A DNA stretch of 64,000 nucleotides from a virus. The position numbers and the translations under genes are program-made. A model generated the notes under the pieces. It ran no database searches. It saw only the letters and a program-made list of their open reading frames with translations, and was not told the DNA's origin. Location of the stretch: positions 3,131-67,130 of IMG/VR virus record IMGVR_UViG_3300033143_004581; one strand, given 5' to 3'. Below are positions 1 through 9,270 of this stretch, piece after piece (within the stretch, counting starts at the first letter, position 1; each line of letters opens with the position of its first letter).

Positions 1-3
1 GGG

Positions 4-777
4 TTGCAAGCAGACAAAGTTGCGTTAGTTAACACTGAAACGAATGATATTTTGGGTGTTGTTTCACCAACTTATGAAGTCGTTGAAAACGCTTTTATTG
101 GTAATCTATTCGATGAAGCAACAAAAAATTTCGCTGTTGATAGAAAGGAAGATCATCTTGACGCCAAAACAAAGCGATGGAAACGTCATATCATTTTGAA
201 TGATGAGCGTTTTAGCTATTTCATTCAAAAAAATGATATAGTTGGTGTCATGATTGAAGCCTGGAATGGTTTCACTGGTAAAATTTCGTTCGGATATAAC
301 ATCATGGGTTTTCGATGGGCCTGTACAAATGGGCTCGTCACTGGAAAGAAAAAGATTTTTTCCGAATCATATTCCCATGCTATCAATAATCCAGAAAAGT
401 TGGCCGAATCGTTTACAAGAAAATTTAATATGTTTAGTGAAATCACGGAAACTTGGAAACAATGGGCTGATATTCCGTTTGATCAAAACGACTTCATTGA
501 ATTTGTCGAGTATTATAAGAAGCCTTCTAGTGATGAAAATCGCGAAAAGTCAAATCACCAATTTCTTCCACCGAAAGTTGCTGATACGATTATTGAAATG
601 TATCCTGAAATAATGGCAGTTGATAAAACTCTTGAAAAAAACAAATGGGGTGCTTTCAATGTTCTGACAAACATTTCAACTCATAAAACAGCGGCTCGTA
701 ATGGTTCTAATCTATTCAGTAACAGATACCAGAGCGTTAACCGTCTCGCTTCTGAATTATTCACTTGGAAAAAATAA
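4..777 (+). CDS. DUF932-like phage protein (probably 5'-truncated by the window edge)
   Basis: GVVSPTYEVVEN near the N-terminus, FRWACTNGL motif and C-terminal WGAFNVLT are typical of the DUF932 family; the frame is open to the window edge. Confidence 0.6.
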   Translation: MQADKVALVNTETNDILGVVSPTYEVVENAFIGNLFDEATKNFAVDRKEDHLDAKTKRWKRHIILNDERFSYFIQKNDIVGVMIEAWNGFTGKISFGYNIMGFRWACTNGLVTGKKKIFSESYSHAINNPEKLAESFTRKFNMFSEITETWKQWADIPFDQNDFIEFVEYYKKPSSDENREKSNHQFLPPKVADTIIEMYPEIMAVDKTLEKNKWGAFNVLTNISTHKTAARNGSNLFSNRYQSVNRLASELFTWKK

Positions 778-778
778 C

Positions 779-803
779 AAAGTGCGGGCAATGCCCGCAC
801 TTT
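779..803 (+). terminator. Intrinsic terminator-like hairpin
   Basis: AAAGTGCGGGC-AAT-GCCCGCACTTT perfect inverted repeat directly after the stop at 777. Confidence 0.7.
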
Positions 804-822
804 ATATATTGGGTGATAAAAT

Positions 823-1248
823 ATGGAACTACTGTTCTCAAAAAAAGGAATACCATATATACAAGTTGATGATACAATGTTGATTTTTTCATCTATTGGG
901 ATGAAAAATGATTCATATAAGTATATTGTTTTATCAAAGAAAAAAACAACTACTGTAAATGTAAGTGGTGCAAAAGCAAAAAAGAAAAAGAAAGTTAAAA
1001 TATCCGAACAGGTAAACGGTTGTTATAACATGAATTTGAAAAAAACAACCGCACCAAACGATGTTAAAAAAGTAATTTCACCCGTAATTACCGAATTTTT
1101 AAGAAAATCAATAAATAAGTACTTGAAAAATGGATATTTCCCAAAAAGTAAAATATATGACTTGAAAAGGGATATCGAAAAAATAAGCGAGGACGATCCA
1201 ACTGATTTTTGGGAAGATGATCCAACTGCTGATGAAAGTTACGATTGA
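823..1248 (+). CDS. Hypothetical protein, Lys-rich middle and acidic C-terminal duplication (EDDPTDFWEDDPT)
   Basis: 141-aa ORF, no recognised family motif. Confidence 0.6.
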   Translation: MELLFSKKGIPYIQVDDTMLIFSSIGMKNDSYKYIVLSKKKTTTVNVSGAKAKKKKKVKISEQVNGCYNMNLKKTTAPNDVKKVISPVITEFLRKSINKYLKNGYFPKSKIYDLKRDIEKISEDDPTDFWEDDPTADESYD

Positions 1249-1361
1249 TTTTGTTTATTTTTCCAGCCCATTTATTTAAAATATAGATGGGCTCAAAAAA
1301 TAAGCAAAGATATATCATCATAACAAATAATTGAACCAAAAATCAACAAAGGAAAATAAAA

Positions 1362-2462
1362 ATGTCATTATATCATAAATTAAATGAAATTTTAGACAAA
1401 TCCGATAATGAAACTGTTTATGATTTATATACCTGTGGTTGTAGATTATACTTGAATGATTCGTTCTTTAAATACAGATTAACACTACTTGGTAGCACTA
1501 ATTATGTAATTAAAATAGTTTGTAGTAATAGCCATTTATTAGCTATCAATGATTTAGGTGAATTATATGCTTGTGGTGAAAACACTTACGGTCAATTAGG
1601 ATTAGGTGACAAAGAAAATAGATCAACACCAACAAGAATAGGAAGCAAATCTAATTGGAAGGAAATATCTTGTGGTGAATATCATTCACTTGCTATAAAT
1701 GATCGTGGTGAATTATATGCCTGGGGTAGTAATTGTTATGGTCAATTGGGCTTGGGTGATGAAGAAGATAGATTAATACCAACGCGAATTGGAAACAGAT
1801 CAAATTGGGTTAAAATATCTTGTGGTAGATATCATTCACTTGCTATTAATGATCGCGGTGAATTATATTCCTGGGGTCGTAATTATCATGGTCAATTATG
1901 TTTAATCAATATGAAAAATAAGTTAGAACCAACACTAATAAAAAATATATCTAATTGTGTTAATATGTCTTGTGGTGAATTTCATTCGTTAGCTATTAAT
2001 AATCGCGGTGAATTATACGCTTGGGGATATAATTATTATGGTCAATTAGGATCAGGTGATAGAACAAATAGATCAACTTTAACGCGAATTGGAAGTAAAT
2101 CAAATTGGAAGGAAATATCTTGTGGTGTGTTTCATTCATTTGCTATAAATGATCGTGGTGAATTATATGCTTGTGGTAGTAATTATCATGGTCAATTGGG
2201 ATTAGGTGATAAAAAAGATAGATTAATACTAACACAAATATGGAACAAATCAAATTGGGTTAAAATATCTTGTGGTAGATATCATTCATTGGCTATTAAT
2301 GATCGCGGTGAATTATATTCCTGGGGTAGTAATTATCATGGTCAATTGGGCTTGGGTGATAAAATAGATAGATTAACACCAACGCTATTAGAAAAAGAAT
2401 CAAATTTAATAGAAGTATATGCTGGTAGTGTTTGTTCATTTTTGTTGAAGAAGCATGAATAA
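1362..2462 (+). CDS. RCC1/BLIP-II repeat beta-propeller protein 1
   Basis: Repeated ISCGxxHSLAINDRGELYAWGxNxxGQLGLG units; AAAGGAAAATAAAA RBS. Confidence 0.92.
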   Translation: MSLYHKLNEILDKSDNETVYDLYTCGCRLYLNDSFFKYRLTLLGSTNYVIKIVCSNSHLLAINDLGELYACGENTYGQLGLGDKENRSTPTRIGSKSNWKEISCGEYHSLAINDRGELYAWGSNCYGQLGLGDEEDRLIPTRIGNRSNWVKISCGRYHSLAINDRGELYSWGRNYHGQLCLINMKNKLEPTLIKNISNCVNMSCGEFHSLAINNRGELYAWGYNYYGQLGSGDRTNRSTLTRIGSKSNWKEISCGVFHSFAINDRGELYACGSNYHGQLGLGDKKDRLILTQIWNKSNWVKISCGRYHSLAINDRGELYSWGSNYHGQLGLGDKIDRLTPTLLEKESNLIEVYAGSVCSFLLKKHE

Positions 2463-2474
2463 AGGAAAATAAAA

Positions 2475-3557
2475 ATGTCATTGTATTATAAAACAAATGA
2501 AATTTTGGATAGATTTAATAATGAAACCATTTATGATTTATATGCTTGTGGGTATGAATCGAATTTAAAAGGTTTGTCTTTTGGGTCAAAATTAATATTA
2601 CTTGATAGTATTAATGGTGTAATTAAAATATTTTGTAGTAATTATCATTTGTTAGCTATTAATAATCGTGGTGAATTATACACTTTGAATTATAATAGTA
2701 AAGATAGTATAATATCACGGGTTGGGAATGAATCAAATTGGGTTAAAATATCTTGTGGAAGATATCATTTATTAGCTGTCAATGATCATGGTGAATTATA
2801 CACTTGGGGGTATAATATTCATGGTCAATTGGGTTTAGGTGATAAAGAATATAGATTAGAACCAACACAAGTAGGAAGCGAATCAAATTGGAAAGAAATA
2901 GCTTGTGGTGAGAGTCATTCATTAGCAATAAATGATCGTGGTGAATTATATTCTTGGGGTCGTAATTATTATGGTCAATTGGGTTTGGGTAATAGAGAAT
3001 ATAGATTAATACCAACACGAGTTGGAAATAGTTTGAATTGGGTTAAAATAGCTTGTGGGAGACATCATTCATTAGCTATTAATGATCGTGGTGAATTGTA
3101 TGCTTGGGGTGATAATTATTATGGTCAATTAGGCTTGGGTGATATTTTAAATAGATTAGAACCAACGCGAGTTGGAAGTGAATCAAATTGGAGAAAAATA
3201 GCTTGTGGTGAATATCATTTATTGGCTATTAATGATCGCGATGAATTGTATGCTTGGGGTCGTAATTATTATGGTCAATTGGGATCTGGTGATGAAATAG
3301 ATAGATCAGAACCAACACGAGTAGGAAATGAATCAAACTGGAAAAAAATTGCTTGTGGTCGGTCCCATTCATTAGCCATTAATGATCGTGGTGAATTGTA
3401 TGCTTGGGGTAATAATACTCGTGGTCAATTAGGATTAGGTGATAAAATAAGTAGATCAACACCAATACGAGTAGGAAGCAATTCAAATTGGGTAGAAGTG
3501 TATGCTGGTAGTTTTTGTTCTTTTTTGTTAAAGAAACATGAGAATAAAGGAAAATAA
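2475..3557 (+). CDS. RCC1 repeat protein 2
   Basis: Same RCC1 repeat consensus; first repeat degenerate. Confidence 0.92.
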   Translation: MSLYYKTNEILDRFNNETIYDLYACGYESNLKGLSFGSKLILLDSINGVIKIFCSNYHLLAINNRGELYTLNYNSKDSIISRVGNESNWVKISCGRYHLLAVNDHGELYTWGYNIHGQLGLGDKEYRLEPTQVGSESNWKEIACGESHSLAINDRGELYSWGRNYYGQLGLGNREYRLIPTRVGNSLNWVKIACGRHHSLAINDRGELYAWGDNYYGQLGLGDILNRLEPTRVGSESNWRKIACGEYHLLAINDRDELYAWGRNYYGQLGSGDEIDRSEPTRVGNESNWKKIACGRSHSLAINDRGELYAWGNNTRGQLGLGDKISRSTPIRVGSNSNWVEVYAGSFCSFLLKKHENKGK

Positions 3558-3559
3558 AA

Positions 3560-4660
3560 ATGTCATTATATCATAAACCAAATGAAATTTTAGACAAATC
3601 TGACAATAAAACAGTTTATAATTTATATGTTTGCGGATATGAATCAGGCTTTAATAGTTTGTTTACATGGACTCAATTAACTTTACCCGGTAGTGTTGAT
3701 AATATAATTAAGATTGCTTGTGGTGGGAATCATTCATTAGCTATCAATGATCGTGGTGAGTTGTACGCTTGGGGTTATAATGATTATGGTCAATTAGGAT
3801 TAAGTGATAATGAAAATAGATCAGAACCAACACGAGTTATAGATAAATCTAATTGGTCTAAAATAGCTTGTGGCTACGATTATTCATTGGCTATTAATAA
3901 TTTAGGTGAATTATATGCCTGGGGTTATAATAGTTTTGGTCAATTAGGTTTGGGTGATGAAGAAAATAGATCAATACCAACGCGTGTAGGAAATAAATCA
4001 AATTGGAAAAAAATAGCTTGTGGATTGTGTCATTCATTAGCTATAAATGATTTAGGTGAATTATATGCCTGGGGTTATAATGATTGTGGTCAATTGGGAT
4101 TAGGTGATAATGAAAATAGATCAACACCAACACGAGTTGGAAGTGATTCAAATTGGGTTAAAATATCTTGTGGTTATGATTATTCATTAGCTATTAATGA
4201 TTGTGGTGAATTGTATGCTTGGGGTGATAATTATTATGGTCAATTGGGTTTGGGTGATAATGAAGATAGGTTAACATTAACACGAGTAGGAAATGAATCA
4301 AATTGGAAAGAAATAGCTTGTGGATGGTGTTATTCGTTAGCTATCAATGATCGTGGTGAATTGTATGCTTGTGGTAATAATGATTGTTGTCAATTGGGTT
4401 TGGGTGATAAAGAATATAGATCAGAACCAACACGAATAGGAAATGAATCAAATTGGAAGAAAATAGCTTGTGGTGGATATCATTCATTAGCTATTAATAG
4501 TTTGGGTAAATTGTATGCTTGGGGGTATAATGGTGATGGTGAATTAGGATTGTGTGATAGAGAAGATAGATTAACACCAACAAGGGTAGGGAATGATTCA
4601 AATTGGGTTTGTATATATACTGGTAATTTTTGTTCCTTTTTGTTAAAAGAACATGAATAA
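3560..4660 (+). CDS. RCC1 repeat protein 3
   Basis: Same RCC1 repeat consensus. Confidence 0.92.
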   Translation: MSLYHKPNEILDKSDNKTVYNLYVCGYESGFNSLFTWTQLTLPGSVDNIIKIACGGNHSLAINDRGELYAWGYNDYGQLGLSDNENRSEPTRVIDKSNWSKIACGYDYSLAINNLGELYAWGYNSFGQLGLGDEENRSIPTRVGNKSNWKKIACGLCHSLAINDLGELYAWGYNDCGQLGLGDNENRSTPTRVGSDSNWVKISCGYDYSLAINDCGELYAWGDNYYGQLGLGDNEDRLTLTRVGNESNWKEIACGWCYSLAINDRGELYACGNNDCCQLGLGDKEYRSEPTRIGNESNWKKIACGGYHSLAINSLGKLYAWGYNGDGELGLCDREDRLTPTRVGNDSNWVCIYTGNFCSFLLKEHE

Positions 4661-4672
4661 AGGCAAATAAAA

Positions 4673-5785
4673 ATGACATTGTATTATAAAACAAATGAAA
4701 TTTTAGATAAAATTAACAATGGAACCGTTTATGATTTATATACTTGTGGTTGTAAATTAAATTCTGATGGTTCATTTACCTGGACTCAATTAACTTTACT
4801 CGGTAGTGTTGATAATACAATTAAGATTGCTTGTGGTTTTAATTATTCATTAGCTATTAATAATGATAATAATTTATATGCTTGGGGTAATAATTATTAT
4901 TATCAATTGGGTTTAGGTGATAGAGAATATAGATTAGAACCAACACAAGTAGGAAGCGAATCAAATTGGAAAGAAATTGCTTGTGGTGGATATCATTCAT
5001 TGGCTATTAATAATCGTGGTGAATTATATGCTTGGGGTGATAATAATCATGGTCAATTGGGATTGAGTGATAGAGAATATAGATTAATACCAACGCGAGT
5101 AGGAAATAGTTTGAATTGGAAAAAAATTGCTTGTGGCTACGATTATTCATTGGCTATTAATAATTTAGGTGAATTATATGCCTGGGGTTATAATAGTTTT
5201 GGTCAATTAGGTTTGTATGATAGAGAAGATAGATTAATACCAACACGAGTAGGAAATGAATCAAATTGGAAAAAAATAGCTTGTGGTTATAATCATTCGT
5301 TAGCTATTAATGATCGTGGTGAATTATATGCTTGGGGTCGTAATGATTATGGTCAATTAGGTTTAGGTAATGAAGAAAATAGATTGACACCAACACGAGT
5401 AGGAAGCGAATCAAATTGGGTTAAAATAGATTGTGGTTATGATCATTCATTAGCCATTAATGATTGTGGTGAATTGTATGCCTGTGGTCATAATAATCAT
5501 GGTCAATTAGGATTAGGTAATAATGAAAATATGTTAACACCAACAATGGTAGGGAATGAATCAAATTGGAAAAAAATAGCTTGTGGTAGATATCATTCGT
5601 TAGCTATTAACAATAATAATAAATCATATGCTTGTGGTCGCAATTACTATTGTCAATTAGGAATATATGATAGAGAAGATAGATTAATGTTAACACGAGT
5701 AGGAAATGAATCAAATTGGTCGGAAGTATATGCTGGTGATTTTTATTCATTTTTGCTAAAAGAACATAAAAATAAAGGCAAATAA
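4673..5785 (+). CDS. RCC1 repeat protein 4
   Basis: Same RCC1 repeat consensus. Confidence 0.92.
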   Translation: MTLYYKTNEILDKINNGTVYDLYTCGCKLNSDGSFTWTQLTLLGSVDNTIKIACGFNYSLAINNDNNLYAWGNNYYYQLGLGDREYRLEPTQVGSESNWKEIACGGYHSLAINNRGELYAWGDNNHGQLGLSDREYRLIPTRVGNSLNWKKIACGYDYSLAINNLGELYAWGYNSFGQLGLYDREDRLIPTRVGNESNWKKIACGYNHSLAINDRGELYAWGRNDYGQLGLGNEENRLTPTRVGSESNWVKIDCGYDHSLAINDCGELYACGHNNHGQLGLGNNENMLTPTMVGNESNWKKIACGRYHSLAINNNNKSYACGRNYYCQLGIYDREDRLMLTRVGNESNWSEVYAGDFYSFLLKEHKNKGK

Positions 5786-5787
5786 AA

Positions 5788-6894
5788 ATGACATTATATT
5801 ATAAACCAAATGAAATTTTAGATAGATCTAATAATGGAACCGTTTATGATTTATATGCTTGTGGATATAAATTGAATCCAGAAGATTTATATTTTGTACC
5901 AGAATTAACATTAATTGATAGTATTAATAACATGATTAAAATATCTTTTAGTAGTAACCATTTATTAACTATCGATGGTTCCGGTAAATTGTATGCTCGT
6001 GGTTTTAATGTTTATGGTCAATTAGGATTTGGTGACACAATAAATAGATCATTACTATCACAAGTAGGAAATTCTACAAATTGGATTGAAATTGCTTGTG
6101 GTTATAGTCATTCATTAGCTATTAATGATCGTGATGAATTGTATGCTTGGGGTAATAATATTTATGGTCAATTAGGATTAGGTGATAAAATAAGTAGATC
6201 AACACCAACACGAGTAGGAAATGAATCGAATTGGAAGAAAATTGCTTGTGGATTATATTATACTTTAGCAATAAACAATCGTGGTGAATTGTATGCTTGT
6301 GGTTATAATGGTGATGGTCAATTGGGATTAAATAATTATATTAGTAAATTATCGTTAACACGAGTAGGAAGTGAATCAAATTGGGTTAAAATAGCTTGTG
6401 GTGGATATCATTCGTTAGCTATCAATGATTCTGGTGAATTGTATGCTTGGGGTTATAATGATGATGGTCAATTAGGATTAGGTGATACAAAAAGTAGATC
6501 AACACCAACACGAGTAGGGAATGATAATTGGAATGAAATATCTTGTAATGGATATCATTCGTTAGTAATAAACAATCGTGGTGAATTATATGCTTGTGGT
6601 TATAATGATGATGGTAGATTGGGATTAGGTGATACAGAAAGAAGATTATTACCAACACGTGTAGGAAATGAATCGAATTGGAAAAAAATATCTTGTGGTC
6701 GGTCCCATTCATTAGCCATTAATGATCGTGGTGAATTGTATGCTTTTGGTGATAACTATTGCGGTCAATTAGGATTTGATGATAGAGAAAATAGGTTAAC
6801 ACCAACACGTGTAGGAAATGAATCAAATTGGGTCGAAATATATGCTAGTAACATTTATTCTTTTTTTGTTAAAAAAAATATAATAGTTACATAG
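5788..6894 (+). CDS. RCC1 repeat protein 5
   Basis: Same RCC1 repeat consensus. Confidence 0.92.
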   Translation: MTLYYKPNEILDRSNNGTVYDLYACGYKLNPEDLYFVPELTLIDSINNMIKISFSSNHLLTIDGSGKLYARGFNVYGQLGFGDTINRSLLSQVGNSTNWIEIACGYSHSLAINDRDELYAWGNNIYGQLGLGDKISRSTPTRVGNESNWKKIACGLYYTLAINNRGELYACGYNGDGQLGLNNYISKLSLTRVGSESNWVKIACGGYHSLAINDSGELYAWGYNDDGQLGLGDTKSRSTPTRVGNDNWNEISCNGYHSLVINNRGELYACGYNDDGRLGLGDTERRLLPTRVGNESNWKKISCGRSHSLAINDRGELYAFGDNYCGQLGFDDRENRLTPTRVGNESNWVEIYASNIYSFFVKKNIIVT

Positions 6895-6898
6895 AAGG

Positions 6899-6955
6899 AA
6901 TCATAAAATAGAAAATGTAGTGTTTGTTTGTCCCAATTACCATTCACAACAATAA
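6899..6955 (+). pseudogene. C-terminal remnant of an HNH endonuclease
   Basis: Translates NHKIENVVFVCPNYHSQQ*, resembling the NxxxENLxxLCPNCHSQT end of phage HNH proteins; no start codon. Confidence 0.5.
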
Positions 6956-6964
6956 GGAGAAAAA

Positions 6965-7556
6965 ATGAAAGAACAAGAAAGAGGAAACGCGCTCATTAGC
7001 CGTAAAGGTAATTATTTCTTTACGGCTGATGAGCACTAGCTATTATTTTCATAAAAATATAATTAGATATAGCAATAGACCATTCAATGATATTAATGAA
7101 ATGAATGAAGAAATGATATATCGTCATAATTCTGTTGTAAAAAAAGGTGATATAACTATTCACGCTGGTGATTTTCTTCTTGTTAGTGACAAAGATTTAG
7201 CTGAAAAAATAATAAAAAGACTTAACGGAAAACATATTTTTCTTATGGGTTCGCATGATAGATGGTTGAAAAATAATCAAAGAAATGCTGGTTATATTCT
7301 TGAACTCAAATATAGAAAACAACTTATTGTAATATGTCATTATGCAATGAGAACATGGAACAGAAATCATTATAATTCATGGCATCTATATGCTCATTCT
7401 CATGGACGTTTACCGTCCATTGGAAAATCAATGGATATAGGTGTTGATTGTAACAATTATTATCCCTTTTCTCTTGATCAAATTATTTCTATAATGGAAA
7501 CAAAAGAAGATAATCCAAATCTCATAGTTAATGGTAAGAAAAAATATGATAAATAA
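6965..7556 (+). pseudogene. Calcineurin-like metallophosphoesterase, frameshifted after the first metal motif
   Basis: ATG 6965 after AAGGAG reads ...YFFTADEH then TAG; the rest (YFHKNIIRY, HAGDF, GSHD, HYAM, AHSHG, DIGVD) is in the 7029-7556 frame; removing 7 nt (TAGCTAT) restores ADEHYFHKNII. Confidence 0.7.
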
Positions 7557-7559
7557 TTG

Positions 7560-7587
7560 TTTACATTGTTAATATATCTGATATAAT
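7560..7587 (+). promoter_or_regulatory. Sigma70/T4-early-type promoter for the tRNA
   Basis: (G)TTTACA-16 nt-TATAAT with extended TGn. Confidence 0.6.
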
Positions 7588-7648
7588 AAAAACAAAATTG
7601 TGTTATAATACTTGCCCGAGTGTCGGAAATGGTATACGAAAGAGACTT

Positions 7649-8138
7649 TAAGGAGTTATTTATTGTTGTTATATGAAAATTGTAAAATATACGGACCTTA
7701 TAAAGGAAAAGATAATAGTTATAATCTATCCTTGTCTTTTATATGTCCAATATATAATAAACAATTTTCAATGTCTGGAAAAAACTTAGTGACGCAATTC
7801 AAAATAGAAAAAAGGTAAAGTTGAATCATTTTATAGTAGATCATGTGCTGGAAAATATGGTAAATCTATACAACTTGGTTCAAATAAAGGTGAAATAAAA
7901 GAAATAATTCCAGAATACACAACAATAAAAACTGAATTGAGCCTTCAAGAGGAAACTTTTGAAGTGGACGCCGCTAAAACGGGGAAACCTTAACAGATTA
8001 CGCTGATGGCAATCCCGTGCTAACCGAAAGGTGAGTGTAGAGACTTTACACGGCGCACCTAAATCTTTTACAAAAGACATGGTGAAGAGCAAGTCCAGAC
8101 CACAAACTCATTGAGGCTACGAAAGTAGTAGTGGTAAG
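7649..8138 (+). mobile_element. Group I intron (trnL-type, IC3-like), 490 nt
   Basis: Inserted after the first U of the anticodon and ends in G; core elements TTGAGCC, AAAACGGGGAAACC (P), GGCAATCCCGTG (Q), GTAGAGACT (R), AAGAGCAAGTCC (S). Confidence 0.88.
7666..7993 (+). pseudogene. Decayed intron-encoded homing endonuclease in the P1 loop
   Basis: AAGGAG at the intron start; fragments YENCKIYGPYKGKDN, FICPIYNKQF and FYSRSCAGKYGK in shifting frames; no intact nuclease core. Confidence 0.5.
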
Positions 8139-8221
8139 AAAATCTCTCGGTCAAATTGACCATGTGGGTTCAAGTCCCACCTCGGGCACCATAAACGATA
8201 TTAATTACAGGAAACAATAAA

Positions 8222-8383
8222 ATGAATAATCCAATAAATGATTACGATTATTTTTCAAAATGGTATGATGAAAAAGAAAAAGAATTTCATACTTGTGTAT
8301 TAAGCAAAAAAGAAATGGTCTATTCGGCTTTTCTTGAAGGAATAAAATATTGTAAAATGAAAAAAGGGGAAATGATAATTTGA
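8222..8383 (+). CDS. Small hypothetical protein (53 aa), not in the ORF track
   Basis: ATG after AGGA; MNNPINDYDYFSKWYDE...; stop overlaps the TTG start of the clamp loader. Confidence 0.45.
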   Translation: MNNPINDYDYFSKWYDEKEKEFHTCVLSKKEMVYSAFLEGIKYCKMKKGEMII

Positions 8384-9270
8384 CTGATATATGGACTTTT
8401 AAATATGAGCCAAAAACATTAAAAGATATGATCCTTGAACCTGAATTAAGAAAAAAACTTAATAAGGTAATTAAGGATATACCTAATTTTATGCTTTATG
8501 GACCAGCCGGTGTTGGTAAAGGAACATTTACAAAAATTCTTTTAAATAAAACTAAAATTGATTATATCTGGATAAATGCTTCCGATGAAACAGGAATTGA
8601 TACCATTCGTGGTAAAGTCAAGAGCTTTGCTACCGCAAAAGGCGTAACACCTTTGAAAATGGTTGTTTTTAATGAAGCATCCGCTCTTTCAAAAGGTGAA
8701 TCTGGTTCACAAAAAATCTTAAAACAACTAATAGAAGATGTTTATAAAGTTACAAGATTTTGTTTCTTGTTTAACGAAGAACATATGGTTATTCAAGAAC
8801 TAAAATCTCGATGCAGTACATTCAAAATCGGATCACCTCCAGCAAAAGATATATTCAATTTCTGTACTAAAATTTTAAAAAATGAAAAAATTAAATTTGA
8901 CAATAAAACTATTGTTGAAATTATTAGAAAATGTTATCCAGATATTAGAAAGACAATTCAAACATTACAAGAAAACTCAATAAATGGAAAATTGATAAGT
9001 AGTGGTGTATATGAGCCAAAAACATATGAAGATGTTTTAAATTATATGAAGAATCAAAATTTTGATGAAATTCGCAAAACTCTCAGAAGTGGTGAAATTG
9101 ATTATGTTGGTTTCTATAAATTCTTATTCGATAATGTTGGTGAATTTAAAAGCCCAGGTGATGCTATCATTTTAATAGGTGAACATCTTCATAGGCATAA
9201 TGTTTCATATATTCCAGAAATTAATTTTATGCATATGTATATGAGAATGTTGAAACAGGGAATGATATAA
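8380..9270 (+). CDS. gp44: Clamp loader large subunit (T4 gp44/RFC-like AAA+)
   Basis: WTFKYEPKTL, GPAGVGKG Walker A, INASDETGIDTIR, SRC motif, YPDIRKTIQTLQ. Confidence 0.92.
   Translation: MTDIWTFKYEPKTLKDMILEPELRKKLNKVIKDIPNFMLYGPAGVGKGTFTKILLNKTKIDYIWINASDETGIDTIRGKVKSFATAKGVTPLKMVVFNEASALSKGESGSQKILKQLIEDVYKVTRFCFLFNEEHMVIQELKSRCSTFKIGSPPAKDIFNFCTKILKNEKIKFDNKTIVEIIRKCYPDIRKTIQTLQENSINGKLISSGVYEPKTYEDVLNYMKNQNFDEIRKTLRSGEIDYVGFYKFLFDNVGEFKSPGDAIILIGEHLHRHNVSYIPEINFMHMYMRMLKQGMI

Larger units (their letters stand above)
1345..6894 (+). repeat. Tandem array of five ~1.1-kb paralogous gene units, each built of ~150-bp internal repeats
   Basis: Conserved junction AATAAAGG(A/C)AAATAAAAATG between units; identical blocks shared between paralogs (e.g. 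3866-3952 = 5129-5215). Confidence 0.9.
7614..8191 (+). tRNA. trnL-UAA: tRNA-Leu(UAA), exons 7614-7648 and 8139-8191, split by a group I intron
   Basis: Acceptor GCCCGAG/CTCGGGC-A-CCA; joined anticodon arm AGAGA-CTTAAAA-TCTCT; long variable arm GGTCAAATTGACC; T arm GTGGG-TTCAAGT-CCCAC. Confidence 0.93.

Noticed and set aside
1362-6894. Eukaryotic or giant-virus origin suggested by RCC1 and ubiquitin-like genes
   Set aside because: Shine-Dalgarno sites, operon packing, a peptidoglycan lysin and T4-like structural genes indicate a bacteriophage
7037-7039. Genome-wide TAG reassignment
   Set aside because: Conserved genes are intact in code 11, several end in TAG, and read-through here would not restore the frame
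6991-7060. T4 gene 60-type translational bypass
   Set aside because: No matching landing codon for CAC after the stop, and the gap is only 7 nt; kept only as an unexplained hairpin plus indel
7612-8092. ORFs 7612-7818 (+) and 7880-8092 (-)
   Set aside because: They overlap the tRNA exon and intron core; only part of the first reflects the decayed intron ORF
1249-8220. DGR template repeat or reverse transcriptase within the window
   Set aside because: No non-coding RCC1-like copy and no RT motifs found, so no DGR is annotated as a feature
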